Origin: Nannocystales bacterium
GTDB taxonomy: Bacteria; Myxococcota_A; Polyangia; Nannocystales; Nannocystaceae
DNA length: 64,000 nt
Assembly (NCBI GenBank): GCA_050633305.1
Contig: JBOEGF010000008.1
Coordinates: 288,001-352,000, forward strand
Direction of reading: 5' to 3'
Every line of letters begins with the position of its first letter. Position 1 is the stretch's first letter. The notes under the pieces are model-generated. The model did no database searches. It was not told the origin of the DNA and worked only from the letters and a program-made list of their open reading frames with translations. Of the stretch, positions 29,601 to 40,008 are shown piece by piece. The position numbers and the translations under genes were made by a program.

Positions 29601-30494
29601 ATGCCAGGGCATTTCTTCATCGTGCTCGACGACGGACCCTGTGCGCTCTCCGAGCAACTCGTCGCGGCCGCGGGGAAGCGAGGCCTGGCGTGTGCGCTCG
29701 TCGTATCCGCCGTTGTGGACCCTCTGGAGCTCCCCCAGCTCGGACCGGGGGACTTGCTGTACCGCGTCGGCGTCTCCGACCGTGCCACGGTCGCGGAACA
29801 GCTGCTGTGCGGGCCCGGTGTCGCGACGCTCTATCAGGACACGATGGGCCCTCACCGTCTCATCGATACGCAGTGCCTGTTCCTGTCCCGGCATGACGTC
29901 CCGGTCCCGGCCGCGGTCTACTCGCTTCCACGCAACGCGGTCGAGTTGCGCGCGGCGGTGGAGAGCGTGGGTGGGCTGCCGGTCATTCTCAAGCAGCCGG
30001 GGCACTCGCTGGGCGTGGGCGTGATGAGGCTGGACAGCTGGAGTGCCCTACACTCCGTCGTCGACATGCTGCGGGCTTCGGTCGGCGATCAGGTCGTCCT
30101 GATGGCGGCGATCGAGCCAGCCGTCCACTGGCGCGTCATCGTCGTCGCAGGCGAGTGCGCGGCTGCGTATCGCAACCCTGTGCGACCGGACGACTTCCGA
30201 ACCTGCGTCGTCGAAGAACCGGAATACTTCCAGATCCCTGCGCCGCCAGCTGCACTGGACGCTGCTGTTCGCGCCACGGAGGCACTAGGGCTGAGATGCG
30301 GCGGTGTGGATGTGCTGGTCCACGAAAGCGGCGAGGTCTACGTGCTCGAAGTGAACTTCCCGTTCTACTTCGGCCATCCGATGCAGGCCGCAAACATCGA
30401 CGTGGCGGCCGCAATGGTGGATGCGCTCCTCAGTGCACCTTCTGACTCGACTCCCGTCTCCGGGACTTCCGCAGCCGCTCCCGACGAGCCTTGA
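29601..30494 (+). CDS. RimK-like ATP-grasp protein
   Basis: GLPVILKQPGHSLGVGV, WRVIVV, DFRT, GVDVL, YVLEVN. Confidence 0.8.
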   Translation: MPGHFFIVLDDGPCALSEQLVAAAGKRGLACALVVSAVVDPLELPQLGPGDLLYRVGVSDRATVAEQLLCGPGVATLYQDTMGPHRLIDTQCLFLSRHDVPVPAAVYSLPRNAVELRAAVESVGGLPVILKQPGHSLGVGVMRLDSWSALHSVVDMLRASVGDQVVLMAAIEPAVHWRVIVVAGECAAAYRNPVRPDDFRTCVVEEPEYFQIPAPPAALDAAVRATEALGLRCGGVDVLVHESGEVYVLEVNFPFYFGHPMQAANIDVAAAMVDALLSAPSDSTPVSGTSAAAPDEP

Positions 30495-30795
30495 GCTGCT
30501 TCGACGTCTTGGTCTGATCAGGGCAGCGAGCGCCCTTTGCAGGCTTGGCCGTGCACTCCTTGGCTTCTTTCAACGCCAGCTCCAGAGCCGCAACCTCCGC
30601 CTCGAGCCGAGCGACTTCCTCCTCCGGCGTTTCCTCGGCAGGTGCTTTGGGCGCCTCGACCTCCGATTCAGAAGGTGCGGCCTTGGGGGCCTCGGCGAGC
30701 GCAGGCGCGCTGACCATGACGATGCCCGCGACAAGGGCAAGGTTGAGACTGGGAGCACGGCGGACGATGGTTCGAGGAGGAGCGATTCGCTTCAT
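30430..30795 (-). CDS. Small secreted coiled-coil hypothetical protein
   Basis: Signal peptide (APALA), E-rich coiled coil, basic tail; overlaps the convergent gene end. Confidence 0.5.
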   Translation of the reverse strand: MKRIAPPRTIVRRAPSLNLALVAGIVMVSAPALAEAPKAAPSESEVEAPKAPAEETPEEEVARLEAEVAALELALKEAKECTAKPAKGARCPDQTKTSKQLKARRERLRKSRRRESSQKVH

Positions 30796-30867
30796 AGTCG
30801 TGAACTCAACGCTATCAGCTTCGCCAGCGCGGTTGCGCGCAGCCCCCCGTGTTGTCTGACCCCTGCC

Positions 30868-32841
30868 CTACTTCCTGTCCGAAGGTCCCGGAGCGCGCTT
30901 CCACGGCGCCGATGTGTCCCTCGCTGGTTTCGATTTTTTCTTGGTCGGGACCCTCGGTGGTGGCGGCGGCGGGCGAGATGCAGGCTTCGCGGGCGGCTGT
31001 GGCCGCGCCGTCGACTGCGATGACCGACCCGAAGGACGACGACGCCGACGCTTCTTGCGGGTGCTCTTCGGTCGCGGTGCGGGCGCAGCCACGGCGACCG
31101 GTTCCTCCACGACCTCCACGACCTCCGGCGTGACAAGCTCTCCTGGCTCCAGTCGACGAAGCATCGGAGGCGTAAACCAGGCGGGCTCGCCAACCTGTGG
31201 CTCGGAAGCGGCGGGGGTTGCCCGGAAGCCCTGGTCCCAGGTGACCGCGGCGTCGACATCGGCATCCGGTCGACCGTCGACCGAGGCCGTCGCCACATAG
31301 AGTTCCGACGCCGCACTGCCCTCTGAAGACAGGATCCCCGAGACCCAAAGCCCACCCGCGGCAACCGCAACCACGACCGGTACTGCAAGCATCAGCGCAA
31401 CGAATCGGCCCGACCTGGCCCGGCGTGGCTCGGGCGCCGCGGACTCCCCCGTCTCGAACGGCGGTAACCCCGGAGTGTCCATCGATAGGGCCGGTGCAAA
31501 CCCGCGCTCGTCTCGCGGGAGATCGGCCGCAAACCCGGGAGACGTATTGCCCTGAGGCGGGTTCGGACGGTGTGGGGCAGGCGCGACTGCCGTCTGGCTC
31601 TGAGTCACCGCTGCGAGCGGTGCGGAAGGCGGGTCAGAGCCACGGACGGGAAGCCCAGGTTCGGGGTCCGGGACGAGTCGCAACGGTTGGCGACCGCCGG
31701 AGTCCTCTTCGAGCGCGTCGTCGACATCCAGCTCGAGCACCTCCGACATCGCAGCCTCGAGCACATCGGAGGGGTCCTCCTGCTTGGCCCGAGCGGTTGG
31801 AATCGCTGGCGGACGCCGCTCAAACCGCGGCGCAGATGCAGGCGGCGCCAACGGGGCCCGCGTGACCACAGTGCGCTCGCCCACCGGTGTGGGGATGCCG
31901 GTTGCAGGGGCCGCGGCGGGGGACTCTCCGACCCCGAGAGGCTCATCGCCAAGCGCATGCAAGTCGCGCTCGAGGGCGTCCATGTCCTGCGGCCGTAGGT
32001 CGGGCCGCTTGGCCAAGCACCGCCTGATGATCCGGTCTGCCTCCGCAGGGAGTTCGGCGTTGCGGGTGCGCGGAGCGGGCAACGGGTTGGAGATGGCCTT
32101 GGCCAGGACGTCCAGTGGGCTGCTCCCCTTGAACGGGACCGTGCCGGTCGCCATCTTGTACATGAGCACCCCCACCGCATAGACCTCGCTGCGGACGTCG
32201 GCCTTCTTGCCCCGCGCCACTTCCGGCGCCAGGTAGGCCGCGGTGCCGACGACCTCTTCAGCCCCGGTGAGCGCGGGCGAGCCACCATCAGCCCGAGACT
32301 TGGCCAGGCCGAAGTCGAGCACCTTGATGAAGTCGCCGCGGATCCCTGCAGCTTGGTCGACGAGGAAGACGTTGCTGGGCTTGATGTCGCGGTGGATCAC
32401 ACCGCAGGCGTGTGCGGCCTTGAGCGCCGCGACGACTTGCATGGCGATGTTCCGAACCCGAGGCCACGGCAGCCGCCGCTCCTGCCGCAGCAAGGCGCGC
32501 AGGTCCATCCCCTCGAGCAGTTCCATCACCAGGTAGACGACGCCATGCTCCATCACCCCGACGTCGATGATCTCGATGACGTTGGGGTGCTTCACCAGCG
32601 CGGTGGTCTGTGCTTCGCGGACGAGGCGACGAACCTGGACCTCGTGTTTCATGACCCCGGGCTTGACCACCTTGATCGCCACGGGCCGGCTCAAGGCCAG
32701 CTGTTGGCCCTGGTAGACCGATCCCATCCCGCCGGTCGACAACGGCTTGTCGATCTCGTAACGGCCATCGAGCACGACTCCGCAGAGGTCCGCGAGGTCG
32801 GGGCTCGGCGGTGCGGGGCTCGGCATGGGTTCCTCTTTCAT
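30868..32841 (-). CDS. Ser/Thr protein kinase with TM helix and low-complexity tail
   Basis: GGMGSVY, VAIK, HRDIKPSN, DFG, YLAPE. Confidence 0.92.
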   Translation of the reverse strand: MKEEPMPSPAPPSPDLADLCGVVLDGRYEIDKPLSTGGMGSVYQGQQLALSRPVAIKVVKPGVMKHEVQVRRLVREAQTTALVKHPNVIEIIDVGVMEHGVVYLVMELLEGMDLRALLRQERRLPWPRVRNIAMQVVAALKAAHACGVIHRDIKPSNVFLVDQAAGIRGDFIKVLDFGLAKSRADGGSPALTGAEEVVGTAAYLAPEVARGKKADVRSEVYAVGVLMYKMATGTVPFKGSSPLDVLAKAISNPLPAPRTRNAELPAEADRIIRRCLAKRPDLRPQDMDALERDLHALGDEPLGVGESPAAAPATGIPTPVGERTVVTRAPLAPPASAPRFERRPPAIPTARAKQEDPSDVLEAAMSEVLELDVDDALEEDSGGRQPLRLVPDPEPGLPVRGSDPPSAPLAAVTQSQTAVAPAPHRPNPPQGNTSPGFAADLPRDERGFAPALSMDTPGLPPFETGESAAPEPRRARSGRFVALMLAVPVVVAVAAGGLWVSGILSSEGSAASELYVATASVDGRPDADVDAAVTWDQGFRATPAASEPQVGEPAWFTPPMLRRLEPGELVTPEVVEVVEEPVAVAAPAPRPKSTRKKRRRRRPSGRSSQSTARPQPPAKPASRPPPPPPRVPTKKKSKPARDTSAPWKRAPGPSDRK

Positions 32842-32961
32842 ATGTGCACCTACGCCACCCGATGATTGCCCCAAGTTCGGACGTCGCGGGTCTGACAGCA
32901 GCTGCGGGGCACCCGTCCGGGTTTCCCAAGTGTAGGCCCCCGGGAGCCTTCAACGCGAACA

Positions 32962-33005
32962 CGAAAAAACCCCGGTCGGTCCACGAGGGCCGAGCCGGGG
33001 CTTCT
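32962..33005 (-). terminator. Intrinsic terminator downstream of the lgt-like gene
   Basis: Minus strand ccccggctcggccc-tcgt-ggaccgaccgggg followed by TTTTTT. Confidence 0.8.
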
Positions 33006-33024
33006 GCCGGGAGAGAACGGCGCG

Positions 33025-34101
33025 CTACTCGTCCGCGGCGGCCTTGGCTTCCATCCGCTGCACAGCGCCCATGCTGAGTTCATCAACGTTGGGCTTCATG
33101 CCGCCGGAGGGGTTCTTCAGCCAGCTTCCGACCTTGCCGTAGTGGACGCCGTACGCGAATCCGAACACCGTGCCGAACAGCGCGATCCACGGGGCGATGG
33201 TGCCGTTGGTCAGCACGTGGACGAGGCGGTGGCTGAGGTCAACGGTGAGCACCGCGTCGCTCTGCGCGCCAACGACCCAGAAGCCAACGCCGACGAGGAT
33301 CATGGCGAAGGAGTAGACGTTGGTGTGCGTGATCTTGCCCCACAGCTTGCCGCGATCGTCTTGCCGGAAGAACTCGAGGCTGAGTCGCACGAGCGAGTGG
33401 AGAATGAAGTACAGACCCGCGAGCGCACCATCGAACGGAAGCAGCGGAAGGATCGCGTAGAACATCGCGAACATTCCGAGGTAGCTGACGAGGGCGTACA
33501 GCTGCGCGGGGTGAATCTTGACGTTGGTCAGGTGCGGCGCGGCGCGGAGAACCTTGGACTCCGGGTTCGTGTAGCGAACACCAAAGCGGCTCTGCGTCGG
33601 GCGACCCCAGCAACAGCCGTAGACGTAGCAACCGAGCCGCGCGATGGCTTCACCCAGCGGCAGGCACAGCGCCGGACCGTCGAGCAACCGAAGCAATGGG
33701 ACGCCGGTGATCTGGCTGATGATGACGAACCCCACGAGGCCGCCGGCGATGCCACCGTGCAGCATGTAGCCGGGCTTGATGATCGTCTGCAGCGGGTTGC
33801 GGAACAGCTCCCGCCACTCGAGCATGATGCTGAACGAGCGCAGCCCGATGAGGATCATCGGCACGAGGACGAAGAGGTACAGCTTCGCCATGTACACGAC
33901 GTCCATACCGATCATCGCCGTGTACCAGAGAGACACTGCACAGCCGGCGGCGAATGCCGACCCCGCCAAGAAGGCGTAAGTCGTGAACAGCCAGTTCCCG
34001 ACACGAAACAAAACCGTGCGGTTGTGAAAGTCGAGAATCCAGCGGCGGAAGAAGCCGCGCGGCTCCGCGGTCACGGAAGGGGATGTCGATTCGGACGCCA
34101 T
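33025..34101 (-). CDS. lgt: Prolipoprotein diacylglyceryl transferase-family protein
   Basis: LHGG, RLGC...GCCWG, HPAQLY, RLSLEFFRQD; multi-TM. Confidence 0.82.
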   Translation of the reverse strand: MASESTSPSVTAEPRGFFRRWILDFHNRTVLFRVGNWLFTTYAFLAGSAFAAGCAVSLWYTAMIGMDVVYMAKLYLFVLVPMILIGLRSFSIMLEWRELFRNPLQTIIKPGYMLHGGIAGGLVGFVIISQITGVPLLRLLDGPALCLPLGEAIARLGCYVYGCCWGRPTQSRFGVRYTNPESKVLRAAPHLTNVKIHPAQLYALVSYLGMFAMFYAILPLLPFDGALAGLYFILHSLVRLSLEFFRQDDRGKLWGKITHTNVYSFAMILVGVGFWVVGAQSDAVLTVDLSHRLVHVLTNGTIAPWIALFGTVFGFAYGVHYGKVGSWLKNPSGGMKPNVDELSMGAVQRMEAKAAADE

Positions 34102-34479
34102 CGCGCGGGCATCTAACGGCACGGAGGCACCTTTGCGCAAGTGGGGTACGACATTGGCCTGGTGCAACGCGCGCCATCGCACATTTCGTGAGCGGGCAAA
34201 CCTTTGGAAACCCGGCGGATCGCGCGCTTTTGCGCGACTTGTCGCGCCAGTGTTACGGTCGCGCCTTGGGCGGAGGGCATCAGTGTTCGCAACACGCAGA
34301 CCCATCGGACGAACAGCTCTCCACGGGCTTCTTGCCGATCTCGCTCGCGCTCACGCTTTTGCTCAGCGGACTGTTCGTTTTCGGGATCGTTCCCATGAGC
34401 TGCGACGCGTCGGGCACCGGCCCGACGAGCGACCGGCGATAGAGCAGACCCGGGTCTGCGAAGCGGCCGGGCGATTCCA

Positions 34480-35502
34480 CTAGGGCGAATCGTCATCAGC
34501 GATCAACACGGGCACGTGGGAGGCCACCATCGTGTCTGAGATCGCCACGCCGTAGATCGCAACGTAGAAGAGGATGCCCTGCATCGCTCGGGCTTGGTCT
34601 CGGTTCCCCAACGCAAAGAACGCGTCGTTCGGCACACTCGCAGGCTCGCCGGGGTCGACCGCGCTGAGGATGGTCGGCGGAAGTTCATTGCCGTCGACCA
34701 GCAGCCGGAACCGCGATGCGTCGCTTCCGGCGTTGGTGTCCACGATGACGTGAAGCACATGAGCGACTCCATCACTGAACGGGGTGTAGTCCCATTCGCG
34801 CACGATGGTGTTGTTCCAAACGAACTGAAGTTGGTTTGGATCCTCGGAGCTCAACGTCGCGGCTCCGGAGTTCGGGCGGCCGAAGTGGACGAGTCTGGAG
34901 TCCGATCCAACCGCGTCGTCCAGCCGGACGACCACCTCGAACGTCAGCTCCGTGGCGCCCTCGAGGCCGTCGAACTTCGAGCCGGAGATCGGTGCGCGTG
35001 CACCATCGTCCGCGCCCGCCACGTCGAACGCCAGTCCGCGATGTCCGAACGCCGAAGCGTAGTGCATCGTGTTCTCGACGTACTCCAAGGCCAACGGAAA
35101 CGGCTCCTCCGCCGAGTCGAATGCCGCCTTCGGCACAGTGCCGCTCTCCGCCTCGTCGAGGTAGTAGCGAGCGACCAGCCCTTCGTCGGACAACGCTCCG
35201 GCCCGATCCCCTGAACTCGAGGCCGCACCTTCGGAGGTCGACGACGACGAACCGGTGGTCGTGCGACCCGTCTCAGGTTCCGTCTCCGACCCTGGTGTCT
35301 CGCCGGTCGAGACCGTGCCCGTGGTGAGACCCGAGGTCCCAGTCCCTCCTTGAGTTCCAACAGCGGTGCCGGTCGTGAGGTCGGTTGTGCTCGACGATGT
35401 CACCTCGCCCAACGCACTGTCGGTTGCCGAGTCTGCGCCGACGGAGGTTGTTTCGAACGAACACCCGAGCAGTACACATCCCCACAGCGCCCCTCTACGC
35501 AT
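34480..35502 (-). CDS. Lipoprotein with S/T linker and LamG/ConA-like jelly-roll domain
   Basis: Lipobox LLG-C; LVARYYLDE, LTFEVVV, RLLVDG, YVAIYGVAIS. Confidence 0.7.
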   Translation of the reverse strand: MRRGALWGCVLLGCSFETTSVGADSATDSALGEVTSSSTTDLTTGTAVGTQGGTGTSGLTTGTVSTGETPGSETEPETGRTTTGSSSSTSEGAASSSGDRAGALSDEGLVARYYLDEAESGTVPKAAFDSAEEPFPLALEYVENTMHYASAFGHRGLAFDVAGADDGARAPISGSKFDGLEGATELTFEVVVRLDDAVGSDSRLVHFGRPNSGAATLSSEDPNQLQFVWNNTIVREWDYTPFSDGVAHVLHVIVDTNAGSDASRFRLLVDGNELPPTILSAVDPGEPASVPNDAFFALGNRDQARAMQGILFYVAIYGVAISDTMVASHVPVLIADDDSP

Positions 35503-35533
35503 CGAGGAACATCGTACCTGCTACCCTACGCGC

Positions 35534-36607
35534 ATGCGAGTTCCCGCCCTGCTCGCGATGCTGTCCCTGGGGGTCCTCGCCTGTCGGACCACCCCCGACG
35601 GCGTCCGTACCGAATCCTCCGACACCGCGGAAGCATCTCTCAGCACAAGCACCGCCTCGGCACCCCGCGCGCCAAGCCTGGATGCAGCGTTGGCCGACAT
35701 CACCGCAGCTCGACTCCGCGAGCACGTCACGTGGTTGGCAGCGGACTCGATGCGCGGACGTGCGACGCCCTCCATCGAACTCGACGAGGCCGCGAAGTAC
35801 CTCGCAACAACGCTCGCCAACAGCGGCATCGAACCTGGGCCCTCGGGCGACCGCATGGTCACCGTCGCGTGTGGCCCGGGTGGAGAGAACGCGTTCAACG
35901 TCCTTGGCATGCTGCCCGGCGCAACCGACGAGGTCGTGATGGTGACCGCCCACTACGACCACGTGGGCGAAGCGTCAGAGGGCGACGACCGCGTCTTCAA
36001 CGGCGCCAACGACAACGCCTCGGGGGTCGCCGCAATGCTCGCGGTCGCGCACGCGCTCGCACGGGCACCCGCGCAGCCCCGACGAACGCTCGCATTTGTC
36101 GCCTTCTGCGGAGAAGAACACCACTTCCGGGGTTCGGCTGCATTCGTCGCCGATCCGCCCTTCCCACTGTCCCAGGTCGTCGCGATGTTCAACCTCGAGA
36201 TGCTCGGCCACCCGGACCCCACGGACGCCAAGCGGGCGTGGGTCACAGGCCACGCGTACTCCTCACTGCACGACTGGCTGGATCGCGGCGGAGAGCCGGG
36301 CGGGGTGACCTTTGTCTCCGGCAAGGCGATCGGACCTGCCGAAGGCAACGCTTTCGAGCGCTCCGACAACCTCCCTTTTGCGCAACACGGCGTCGTCGCG
36401 CATACGATCGCTGCCGGTCCGCTCGACGAGCACTACCACGCCGTCAGCGACGAGACCTCGCGCGTGGACTTCGACGCGATGGTCCCCATCGTCCGTTCCA
36501 TCGCTCGAGCGGTCGACGAACTCGCGCGGGGTGAAACGTCCCCTGGTTGGACCAACGAGGCCCCTGAGCGCTTCACTCGTCGAGCATCGAGTACGTCTCG
36601 CCAGTAG
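35534..36607 (+). CDS. M28-family metallopeptidase lipoprotein
   Basis: VTAHYDHVG, GANDNASG, GEE, NLEM, RSDN, HYHAVSD. Confidence 0.92.
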   Translation: MRVPALLAMLSLGVLACRTTPDGVRTESSDTAEASLSTSTASAPRAPSLDAALADITAARLREHVTWLAADSMRGRATPSIELDEAAKYLATTLANSGIEPGPSGDRMVTVACGPGGENAFNVLGMLPGATDEVVMVTAHYDHVGEASEGDDRVFNGANDNASGVAAMLAVAHALARAPAQPRRTLAFVAFCGEEHHFRGSAAFVADPPFPLSQVVAMFNLEMLGHPDPTDAKRAWVTGHAYSSLHDWLDRGGEPGGVTFVSGKAIGPAEGNAFERSDNLPFAQHGVVAHTIAAGPLDEHYHAVSDETSRVDFDAMVPIVRSIARAVDELARGETSPGWTNEAPERFTRRASSTSRQ

Positions 36608-37505
36608 CTTCGATCGACATCATCCAAAGGCGCTGCGCGGCGACTTCGTCGTGGGAGGCGCGGTTCGACTCGACACGAACTGGGTATCCGCGAACCTGTC
36701 CGAGCCCCTGAGGCCCAAAGAATCCTCCTCCGCCGACAGGCTCTCCGACCGCCGCGAAGACGCTGGGCATCGCCCCCATTCGGGCGGGCTGGGCCACGAG
36801 ACGGTTGGTGAACTCATAGAAACGCCCGGTGAGCTTGGCGCCCGCGAGCTTCGGACCGACCCCTTGCAGGTTGGTGGAGGAGTAGCCAGGGTGGGCCGCG
36901 ACCGAGCGAACATCGGCGTCGGCGTTCCGGAGCCGGCGGTCGAGTTCGTAGCAGAACAGCAGGTTGGCCAGTTTGCTCTGCGAGTAAGCGCGCCACTTGT
37001 CGTAGGCGCGTTTTCCATGCAGGTCCTCAAACCGCATCGAGCCAACCTTGTGCATGAGCGAACTGACGGTCACGACACGGGCGGCCGGTGTCTCGAGAAG
37101 CCTCGGCATGAGCGCTCCGGTCAGCGCGAAGTGGCCGAAGTGGTTGGTGCCCAACTGCATCTCAAACCCGTCCGCGGTCTCCGTCCTCGGCAGCGCCATG
37201 ACCCCGGCGTTGTTGATCAGGACATCCAGCTTCGCGTGCGCCTCTTGAAACGACGCAGCGAACGCCCGGACGGAAGCGAGGTCAGCGAGGTTGAGCGGGA
37301 TGAACTCGACCGAGGCCTTCGGGTGCTGTGCGCGGACCTGCTTCATCGCCGCTTCGGCCTTCGACTCGGTACGACACGCCATCACCACGTGGGCTCCGCG
37401 TCCGCTCAACATATGCGTCGTCTCGAGCCCCAAGCCGCTGTTCGCTCCGGTGATGACAATGGTCTTACCGGCCAGGTCGGGAATGTTTGCCTCGGTCCAG
37501 GACAT
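36573..37505 (-). CDS. SDR oxidoreductase (retinol-dehydrogenase-like)
   Basis: TGANSGLG, INNAG, TNHFGHF, YSQSK. Confidence 0.93.
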   Translation of the reverse strand: MSWTEANIPDLAGKTIVITGANSGLGLETTHMLSGRGAHVVMACRTESKAEAAMKQVRAQHPKASVEFIPLNLADLASVRAFAASFQEAHAKLDVLINNAGVMALPRTETADGFEMQLGTNHFGHFALTGALMPRLLETPAARVVTVSSLMHKVGSMRFEDLHGKRAYDKWRAYSQSKLANLLFCYELDRRLRNADADVRSVAAHPGYSSTNLQGVGPKLAGAKLTGRFYEFTNRLVAQPARMGAMPSVFAAVGEPVGGGGFFGPQGLGQVRGYPVRVESNRASHDEVAAQRLWMMSIEATGETYSMLDE

Positions 37506-37752
37506 CGCGGCGCGAGTGTAGCGAGCACTCGCGAGGGCGTCACCGTCGCCGGACAGCAAGCGCTGTGTCGCCAGCCAACGGCGGGATCTCCCGTGTCAGA
37601 GCGCCAGGGCCCGCGGTTCAGCCCCCGCACGGGTCGGGCAAGACGCTCGGAGTCACGGAGCAGACCCCACTGGTCGCTCCGTGCCCGCACGTTCTGGCCC
37701 CGCCACCCGTCGAGGAGTCCCTGACGGTGGGGCCGAAGCATGGCCAGGCTCG

Positions 37753-40008
37753 CTACAGAACGATGACAAACGCGTCCTTCTCCCGGAGCGCCGCGTGAGC
37801 CGAAGAGTCTCGCACCACCACGTGGATCGTCTGACTCCGCATCGAACCCGCTGCGAGACGCACCGCGATCGGGCTCATCACATGTTCTTCGATCACCCGC
37901 TTGAGCGGCCGAGCCCCACGGGTGGGATGCCAGCCGAGTTCCGCGAGTCGGGCACGAGCCTGTGGATCGACCGACAGCACCAACTCGCGCTCGCGTAGCC
38001 CCTGACGTTTCCCAGTCTTGCTCAGCTCGAGATCGACGACGCGCAGGATGTCATCACGGGAGAGCAGACCGAACGGGACAACGTTGTCGATGCGGTTGAA
38101 GAACTCCGGTCGGAAGTGAGCTCGCACGGCCCCAAAGAGAGCGTCGTGGGATGCGTCCGGCGCTCCAAACCCCGCGCTCGCGGTCTTCTGCACCCCCAGG
38201 TTGCTCGTCATGACCACCAACGTCATTCGGAAGTCGACCAGGCGGCCCTCGCTGTCGGTCATCCGCCCTTCCCCAAGCATCGCAAGCAGAAGGTCAAACA
38301 CCTCAGGGTGTGCTTTTTCAATCTCGTCGAGCAGCACCAACGACAGCGGCTGTGCGCGGACCTGTTCGACCAGGCTCTGCACGCCCTGGCCGACCGACAG
38401 CAACCGTTGGCCGGACCCCGGAAGCATGTACTCGCTCATGTCCAGCCGAACCATGCGCTCACTGTCCGAGAACATGACCCGGGCCAGTTGCTTGGCGAGT
38501 TCCGTCTTGCCGACACCCGTCGGGCCCACCAAGAAGAGACTGCCGATGGGGCGATCCGGGTCGCACAAGCCAGCCTTGAAGCGCGTCAGGACGCCGGCTG
38601 CCGTGTGGCAAGCGTCGTCCTGTCCAACGACGCCGTTGCGAAGGCGCGAGGCGATCTGCTCCCGCCCAGCGACCTCGCGGTCGGAGATCAATGCCAACGG
38701 GAGGCCGGTCGAACGTGCAAACGCCTCGGTGACCGCCTGTGCGCTCATTTCCTGGGGCTCGTCGCTGGGCTCGGTCTGCGCGAGCCAGTCGAGAAAGCGA
38801 AACCCTTTTCCCGGAAACCCACGATCTCGAGCAAAGAACTCGAGCAGCTGGACCATGGTGCGCAGCGCCTCGCTGGAGAAGGTGCGGTCCGCATCCAACC
38901 GGGCCTGATACTCCGCGAGCCGGTGCGGCATCACGGAACTCGTGGTCGGCTCGACCCTCACCACGAGAAACTGCGAGACGAAGGCAGGGTGTTGAGCGCT
39001 GAGCCGTTCGTACTCCTCGACGTTGCACTCCGCGATCACCACGAGTTCGCCAACGCGCATCGAGGCAGACAACATGTCGGCGATCGACGTGCTGGTCTGT
39101 GTGGCGCAGATCGGAGCCAACCGGTCCACATACAACACGTCGCGCGAAGCCGAGAGCTCCTCGATCAGGTCGAGGCAGCGCTGCTCCCACTCGCCGAGGT
39201 ACTTCATCCCTGCAACGATGCGGTCCGCGCTTGTGGACCACACGCGCGGAGCATCGGCACCGCGGCGCCCCAACGAACGAGCCAGCGAGCGAACCCACGT
39301 GGACTTTCCCGCACCCGGAGGGCCGACCAGCAAGACGGAGCGAGGATGCTCGCCCGCCATGAGCTCGACATAGCGCGGCTCGACAACGTCGCCGATCACC
39401 GGTCGTCTGCGACTCTTGCGCTGCTCGGCCGTCATGTCCTGCGCGACCGCGTCGAGAGTGTTCTGCGCCTCGAAACCGGAGGACCAGCTCGAAGGCCGAG
39501 CTCGGGTCGCATACGGCGGCGTCCACGACACGATGCGTTCGTCTTCGAGCCCGCGGAAGTCGAACATCGAACGAGCCTCCTCCCCAAGCATCGACTGGCC
39601 GATCGCCTGCCGGATGACCGTGGGTGCCATGTCGACGTCCTCGAGCACGAACCACCATCCGAACCGAGGAAGCATGACCAGGGCGCCACCGTCGGCGTTC
39701 TGGGTCCAGGCATAGCTGACCTGCAGCGGGATGGTCTGCTTGCCGATGACGGTGCGCTTCTTGACCACCCGCTGGGGGTTGACCTGCACCTTGACTCGGC
39801 GGACCTGCAGCGTCTCTTCCCACAGGAACCCCTCCAGCCGCTCGTCCGTCTCTTCGAGCGCGAGCGAGAGCTGAGAGAGGACAACCTCTTCGCTCGGGCC
39901 GTGCCCGGCGAGCGGTGAGGACAGCGTGCCACTGCGCGAGAGCAACCTGCCGGTATGGCTCCCGTCGTGGTGGGTGACGAAGTGAACCCGGTACGTAGGC
40001 CGAGCCAT
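37753..40008 (-). CDS. Atypical ClpA/B-family double-AAA+ ATPase (third gene of operon, 751 aa)
   Basis: GPPGAGKS; GPTGVGKTE, DMSEY, LLDEIEKAH, RPEFFNRID, GARPLKR; TAATG overlap with the upstream gene. Confidence 0.9.
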   Translation of the reverse strand: MARPTYRVHFVTHHDGSHTGRLLSRSGTLSSPLAGHGPSEEVVLSQLSLALEETDERLEGFLWEETLQVRRVKVQVNPQRVVKKRTVIGKQTIPLQVSYAWTQNADGGALVMLPRFGWWFVLEDVDMAPTVIRQAIGQSMLGEEARSMFDFRGLEDERIVSWTPPYATRARPSSWSSGFEAQNTLDAVAQDMTAEQRKSRRRPVIGDVVEPRYVELMAGEHPRSVLLVGPPGAGKSTWVRSLARSLGRRGADAPRVWSTSADRIVAGMKYLGEWEQRCLDLIEELSASRDVLYVDRLAPICATQTSTSIADMLSASMRVGELVVIAECNVEEYERLSAQHPAFVSQFLVVRVEPTTSSVMPHRLAEYQARLDADRTFSSEALRTMVQLLEFFARDRGFPGKGFRFLDWLAQTEPSDEPQEMSAQAVTEAFARSTGLPLALISDREVAGREQIASRLRNGVVGQDDACHTAAGVLTRFKAGLCDPDRPIGSLFLVGPTGVGKTELAKQLARVMFSDSERMVRLDMSEYMLPGSGQRLLSVGQGVQSLVEQVRAQPLSLVLLDEIEKAHPEVFDLLLAMLGEGRMTDSEGRLVDFRMTLVVMTSNLGVQKTASAGFGAPDASHDALFGAVRAHFRPEFFNRIDNVVPFGLLSRDDILRVVDLELSKTGKRQGLRERELVLSVDPQARARLAELGWHPTRGARPLKRVIEEHVMSPIAVRLAAGSMRSQTIHVVVRDSSAHAALREKDAFVIVL

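Noticed and set aside
30430..30795. Possible graspetide precursor for the neighbouring ATP-grasp enzyme
   Set aside because: Convergent orientation, has a signal peptide, and lacks repeated core motifs.
34194..34240. GGGCAAACC...GAAA resembling a c-di-GMP-I riboswitch
   Set aside because: The stem around GAAA does not pair and the GACGCAAAGC element is missing.
34083..34442. ORF ending in a TM-like segment (FLPISLALTLLLSGLFVFGIV)
   Set aside because: No in-frame start codon near the hydrophobic part; may be a remnant but is unsupported.
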